From NCBI GenBank assembly GCA_039815185.1, contig JBCBZT010000023.1, positions 55,672 through 119,671 of the forward strand: a stretch of DNA of 64,000 nucleotides, written 5' to 3'. Positions within the stretch are counted from its first letter, which is position 1. Every line of letters starts with the position of its first letter. Positions 59,850-64,000 of this stretch are shown here, one piece after another. A program made the position numbers and the translations under genes. The notes beneath the pieces are model-generated. The model saw only the letters and a program-made list of their open reading frames with translations, had not been told where the DNA came from and searched no databases. The stretch comes from Cyanobacteria bacterium P01_A01_bin.123 (GTDB lineage Bacteria; Cyanobacteriota; Cyanobacteriia; Phormidesmidales; Phormidesmidaceae).

Positions 59850-59890
59850 CTTAGGCATTAGGACTTAGGCATTAGGACTTAGGCATTAGG
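59850..59890. repeat. 14-bp tandem repeat CTTAGGCATTAGGA, about 3 copies
   Basis: Copies at 59850, 59864, 59878; overlaps the ester-cyclase stop. Confidence 0.9.
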
Positions 59891-60306
59891 CCAAGCTGTT
59901 GCATCACGGCTAATAAATTACAGTCGTACCACCACGCGACAATTTTTCCATTGATGATTTGGAGTAGGGTAAAGTCATTGATCTTAGCTGTCTTCCCCGT
60001 CGGCGGCACGCCTAAAAATTCTCCTGTCTGGGCTCCTTCTAGGGTTGAGCGATAAACCACTTTATCGTCTTCTGCAATCACATCCTCTATCGTGTGCTGA
60101 ATATCGGGAAACCCCCTAAATAAACTGGCATTGAATGCTTTGTTGGCCTCTAGACCCACAATCAATTCTGGTTGGCTGTTGAAATAGTGGATTACATCTG
60201 GTGCCATCAGTTCGTCCCAGATTTTTTCCCAGTTTGAATTGGTTCCCCATCCCTCATGGGCAAAGCGGAGAGCGATCGCTCGATTTTGATCAGTCAGCAT
60301 AATCAT
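59872..60306 (-). CDS. SnoaL-like ester cyclase
   Basis: GFPDI..TIEDVIAEDDKV, GEFLGVPPTGK, GKI..W, MQQLG. Confidence 0.9.
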   Translation of the reverse strand: MIMLTDQNRAIALRFAHEGWGTNSNWEKIWDELMAPDVIHYFNSQPELIVGLEANKAFNASLFRGFPDIQHTIEDVIAEDDKVVYRSTLEGAQTGEFLGVPPTGKTAKINDFTLLQIINGKIVAWWYDCNLLAVMQQLGLMPKS

Positions 60307-60402
60307 TAACCTCATTGCGAGAATGGATTGGACTACGCCTATTATCAAAAATACTGCACACGGCTGTATTCAAAGCTTTTGCTGCGTTTTTATCAGTTCT
60401 TG

Positions 60403-61290
60403 CTACTGCTGAAAAAACACCTTGGGTGTTACCCCAACCACGCGCTTAAAGTGATAAGTAAGATGGCCTTGGCTAGCAAACCCGACCGATTGAGCAACGT
60501 CTGCAATGCTCAAATCTCCCGCTAAAAGCAATTGTTTAGCCCGTTCAATCCGACGTCGAATGTGATACTGATGGGGCGGAATACCTTTGGATTGCTTAAA
60601 GAGACGGGCAAAGTGATACGGGCTGAGTTGGGCTACGTGAGCTAAGTCAGCTAGGCTCACATCTTGATCTAGATGTTCATCAATGTAATCAATCACCTGC
60701 CGGAGCTGATGATGCGATAATTGGCCTGAATACTTTTTCAGACTGGGTTTGTGGGTCGAATATCGGCAAAGCAAATGAGTCGCGAGCGCCTGAGCCATTG
60801 AATCAGCATAAAGCTGACTGCCAATTCCATCTGTTTCTATCGCTGTTTTAAGGGCGATCGCGATTTGATAAATCAGCGGATCAAAATAGGATTTTAATTG
60901 TGGAATTAATTCAACACTGTCTTTTTTATAGAGTTCTGCGCCTAGCTGATTGAGCAAGATGGGTTCTAAATAGAGTTGCAAAAACTCTGCCTCTTGATGC
61001 CAATAAAATGTTTGCCACAAGTGGGCTGGATAGATACCCACATCGCCTGGTACTGATTTAATGGTTTCTGATTGTTCATCGACGGTTTGTTGCAGGGTAA
61101 CGGGAGTACCCGTGTTGATACAAATCACGTGATGGGGAGAACAATGTTCAGGAATGCAGTAGGGGGGTTGGCGATGAAGTGCTAATTGAATTGTGTTCCA
61201 GCGAGAGGCATTGCTAGACAGGATGGGAGGTCGCGGTAGGCCGACTTGGTCTGCTTGGGTGAAGTCGATGGTGTAAGTGCTCGAAGTCAT
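60403..61290 (-). CDS. AraC-family regulator
   Basis: LSPYHFARLFKQSKG, VGFASQGHLT. Confidence 0.93.
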   Translation of the reverse strand: MTSSTYTIDFTQADQVGLPRPPILSSNASRWNTIQLALHRQPPYCIPEHCSPHHVICINTGTPVTLQQTVDEQSETIKSVPGDVGIYPAHLWQTFYWHQEAEFLQLYLEPILLNQLGAELYKKDSVELIPQLKSYFDPLIYQIAIALKTAIETDGIGSQLYADSMAQALATHLLCRYSTHKPSLKKYSGQLSHHQLRQVIDYIDEHLDQDVSLADLAHVAQLSPYHFARLFKQSKGIPPHQYHIRRRIERAKQLLLAGDLSIADVAQSVGFASQGHLTYHFKRVVGVTPKVFFQQ

Positions 61291-61406
61291 AAAGCCCAAC
61301 GGGATCTTCACTTTTGACTATAGTCGTTTTCGCCCCGCCACCCGGGCAAGCCTAATGTGTTAAGTTCCTCAAGAGACCCCATCGCAAAGCAACCCAACAA
61401 ACGAGC

Positions 61407-62213
61407 ATGACTCAACACGTTCTAATCACAGGTGCCTCCCAGGGAGTCGGAAAAGCGACAGCTTTGCAGTTTGCTGAAGGGGGCTGGGATGTGACCTTAG
61501 CAGCTCGCAATGGCGATCGCCTCGACACGGTAGCCCAACAAATCCGGGCGCTGGGTCGGCAAGCGCTAGCTGTACCCACCGATGTGGGCGACGCTGGGCA
61601 AGTCGCCACGCTTGTGGCGAAATCTATCGAAGCGTTTGGAAAGATTGATACGCTGATCAACAATGCTGGGATTTGTCTGACTGGCCCAACGGTCAACACC
61701 AACCTTGATGACTGGCACCGCATCCTTGATACCAACCTATGGGGCTGTATCCATACGATCCAGGCAATTTTGCCGACGATGCTTGATCAGGGCAAGGGTT
61801 GCATCATCAACGTGGGTTCTTTTGGCGGCAAAATGCCGCTACCCCAAATGACAGCTTATTGCACTAGCAAGTATGCCCTGACCGGGTTAACAGAATCGCT
61901 GCGGGTTGAGCTGGGTTCTCAAGGTATTCACGTGGGGATTGTGCATCCTGGGGTGATTGATAGTGATTTTTTAGAGCGAGCGATGTTTCGCGGCTCAACG
62001 GAACAGGAAGCCAGCGATCGCCAGCAGCAAATGACTCAACTTTTGCAATCGAGCTGGGTGAGCAAACCAGCAGACATTGCCCAAGCCATTTGGAAAGCTG
62101 TTGAACAGCGCCAAAGTGAAATAGTAGTGGGGCCAGCCGCGATCGCGACGGAGCTGAATCGCCTGTTTCCTCAATTGACCCAGTGGGCTTTGGCAAGAAG
62201 TGGGCGTCGTTAA
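61407..62213 (+). CDS. Classical SDR oxidoreductase
   Basis: TGASQGVG, NNAG, YCTSK. Confidence 0.92.
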   Translation: MTQHVLITGASQGVGKATALQFAEGGWDVTLAARNGDRLDTVAQQIRALGRQALAVPTDVGDAGQVATLVAKSIEAFGKIDTLINNAGICLTGPTVNTNLDDWHRILDTNLWGCIHTIQAILPTMLDQGKGCIINVGSFGGKMPLPQMTAYCTSKYALTGLTESLRVELGSQGIHVGIVHPGVIDSDFLERAMFRGSTEQEASDRQQQMTQLLQSSWVSKPADIAQAIWKAVEQRQSEIVVGPAAIATELNRLFPQLTQWALARSGRR

Positions 62214-62330
62214 CGCAACATTTGCCTTTAATCCAGATGGACAACTCCTAGCCAGTCGTTTAGTCCGGATGGAAGCATGTTTGCGAGTGGTGGTCGAGAT
62301 GGTGCAATTAAGCTTTGGTATTGTGACTAA
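62209..62330 (+). pseudogene. Frameshifted WD40-repeat remnant
   Basis: VNATFAFNPDGQLLAS, then in another frame FSPDGSMFASGGRDGAIKLW. Confidence 0.75.
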
Positions 62331-62362
62331 GTGCGATCGCCATAAGTCTGGGAATCACAACA

Positions 62363-63055
62363 TCAATCAAATGAAAATAAATCTAGAAGTTCCAGGACTA
62401 TAGTATTTTCGTGCTCTTTTGCGTCTTCTATTATCTGTTTCTTATGTTCTTCTGTAAGATCATCCCATAGTCCATGCCTTAGAAAAAATGTAAGCATCTC
62501 GACATTGTATTTAAAAATAGCAGAACTAACGGCTATCCTCAAAAGCTCATATTCGTTCTCCTCTTTAGCATCTAACTCAGCACCTAAATCCATGAGCAAT
62601 TTTATGATTTTTAGATGATCAACGCTTGCAGCATTTAGTAGAGCTTCTTGACCATCTGTCTTGATATCAGCACCTAGAGATACCAACTGACGGATCATTT
62701 TTTTCTTGCCATAAGCAGCTGCGGTTCCCAGCGCATGGACATGCGAAGATCTAGTTCTTCTAGAAATATCTGCACCTGCTAATACAAGTGCTTCCACAAC
62801 TTCAGGTAAGTCACGCTTGACTGCTGCCATCAGCATAGTTGTGCCTCGCCTATCAGCGAGATTAACTTTTGCTCCTGCTGCAATCAACTCTAAGGCGATC
62901 TCTGTATGAGAACCGTCAATGGCGTGCCTGAGGGCGGTTAGTTTGTTTTGGCCTTTGACATTAACATTTGCCCCTGCTGCGATCAATCGTTTGACTGTTG
63001 GTAAACTGCCGATAGCCGCTGCCTCGACAATGGGAGGATCAAAAATTTCTTCCAT
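62363..63055 (-). CDS. Ankyrin repeat protein (AT-rich)
   Basis: LIAAGANVN, LIAAGAKVN, LVLAGADI repeats; start 63055 or 63097. Confidence 0.85.
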   Translation of the reverse strand: MEEIFDPPIVEAAAIGSLPTVKRLIAAGANVNVKGQNKLTALRHAIDGSHTEIALELIAAGAKVNLADRRGTTMLMAAVKRDLPEVVEALVLAGADISRRTRSSHVHALGTAAAYGKKKMIRQLVSLGADIKTDGQEALLNAASVDHLKIIKLLMDLGAELDAKEENEYELLRIAVSSAIFKYNVEMLTFFLRHGLWDDLTEEHKKQIIEDAKEHENTIVLELLDLFSFD

Positions 63056-63260
63056 TTTAGTGCGATCGCCCGCTTTGTAGAATGCGTCGCGACGCATCGA
63101 TCTGTCAACTGAGAATACTTACTTTAACGCCTGCTTTCTCAACATTGGCTACACTCAAATTTTTGTCAATATGCTAAGAAGAGCTTTTATGATGAAGATT
63201 GGGGTGCGGATCAGCAAATGACTTTTCCGCTCGATTTTTGGGGAGAATAAGCTCATTTTA

Positions 63261-63291
63261 GTGTCGGGTTTCATCCCTCAACCCGACCTAC
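63261..63291 (-). repeat. GTAG-type REP-like hairpin
   Basis: Minus strand GTAGGTCGGGTTGAGGGATGAAACCCGACAC. Confidence 0.55.
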
Positions 63292-63485
63292 AGCGAGGGG
63301 CGATCGCACTTATTGAGAATAGGACTCTCTCAAACACCTTTGATTTTGTACTCTGATATCAATAATTTGGCAATCACGCTAATCTAATACGCTTCCAAGC
63401 TGCTCTCATTCTTTTCTAATAATTAATTCAGGTAGCGTATTCATTGCCCAAATACAATTTTGGAGATGTCTCATTTCTGTTTTAG

Positions 63486-64000
63486 ATGGCTCCTATCTCC
63501 TATGAATTTTTTCGCAACGTGACTGCGAAGCTGACGTACAGCGGTCAAACTTTGCTTCTAGATCCGATGCTGTCTGAGAAGGGGGCGCTGCCTTCTTTTG
63601 TTGGAATTGCACCAAATCCGACTATCGATCTCCCTGTTGAGGTGGAGCCTATTTTAGGGGGTGTGGATGCAGTATTGGTCAGTCATATGCACGCGGATCA
63701 TTTTGACGCAGCGGCGTCAGAACTGCTTGCTAAAGATATACCTATCTTTACACCCAATAACCAGTCGCCCACTGATCTTTCAGATCCGTTGAACACAGGA
63801 AAAACGTTTCTAGCGAGGCTGACGGAGATGGGGTTTACGAATGTCACGACGATGGGGACTCCCGACTGCGAGTTTGAAGGCATTTCTATGGTGCAGGAGT
63901 TTGGTCAGCATGGCATCGGCAAGCTTGGTCAGATGATGGGCGGGGTAAATGGCATTCTTTTGAGGGCGCAGGATCAGCCGACTATTTATTGGACAAGCGA
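63486..64000 (+). CDS. MBL-fold metallo-hydrolase (partial; runs off the window and is not in the ORF track)
   Basis: Manual translation MAPISYEFFRNVTAKLTYSGQTLLLDPML...VSHMHADHFD (HxHxDH). Confidence 0.88.
   Translation, partial: MAPISYEFFRNVTAKLTYSGQTLLLDPMLSEKGALPSFVGIAPNPTIDLPVEVEPILGGVDAVLVSHMHADHFDAAASELLAKDIPIFTPNNQSPTDLSDPLNTGKTFLARLTEMGFTNVTTMGTPDCEFEGISMVQEFGQHGIGKLGQMMGGVNGILLRAQDQPTIYWTS

Larger units (their letters stand above)
1..64000. repeat. HIP1 octamer GCGATCGC dispersed throughout the window
   Basis: Dozens of copies visible, e.g. 581-588, 1709-1716, 4598-4605, overlapping pair 19976-19989, 31093-31100, 32067-32074, 62333-62340, 63063-63070; hallmark of many cyanobacteria. 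Confidence 0.95.

Noticed and set aside
59850..59890. CRISPR array
   Set aside because: Contiguous 14-bp units with no spacers and no cas genes
1..64000. tRNA, rRNA, IS elements, prophage or a known riboswitch class
   Set aside because: No recognisable signatures by eye; tRNAscan-SE and Rfam scans would be needed to exclude them

Overview
A 64 kb cyanobacterial chromosome window. The HIP1 octamer GCGATCGC is pervasive, and folD-crtE-DUF212 synteny, bioB and a GUN4 domain are present. A filamentous Leptolyngbya-like organism is a guess from protein style only. A small core block (about 11-24 kb: uppS paralog, DUF212, crtE, folD, bioB, MacB-type ABC pair, TPR protein, MASE1-cyclase) lies in a mosaic of regulator/detoxification modules (LysR x3, MerR, MocR, TetR, MarR, Crp/Fnr, AraC x2, ECF sigma with anti-sigma; SDRs, AKRs, RidA, TrxB-like, MFS/MATE/RND), with AT-rich single-gene inserts and several gene remnants. 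I saw no rRNA, tRNA, CRISPR array, transposase, integrase or reverse transcriptase. Best leads: (1) an HTH-NB-ARC-TPR (STAND) gene facing a di-iron ferritin-like enzyme and a cis-prenyltransferase across helically phased CCGAC boxes; (2) an RND efflux operon with a coiled-coil-GUN4 gene between adaptor and pump; (3) a SagB/nitroreductase-family flavoprotein with two His-bearing TM helices and an internal twin-arginine third helix, plus Tat-like signals on RidA and a TrxB-like enzyme; (4) 21-30 nt two-hairpin elements inserted at GCG^AT/HIP1 sites, two of them in frame inside genes; (5) a structured, uORF-bearing leader that could hide the ribosome-binding site of an MFS gene. All family calls come from motif recognition by eye, not from database searches.
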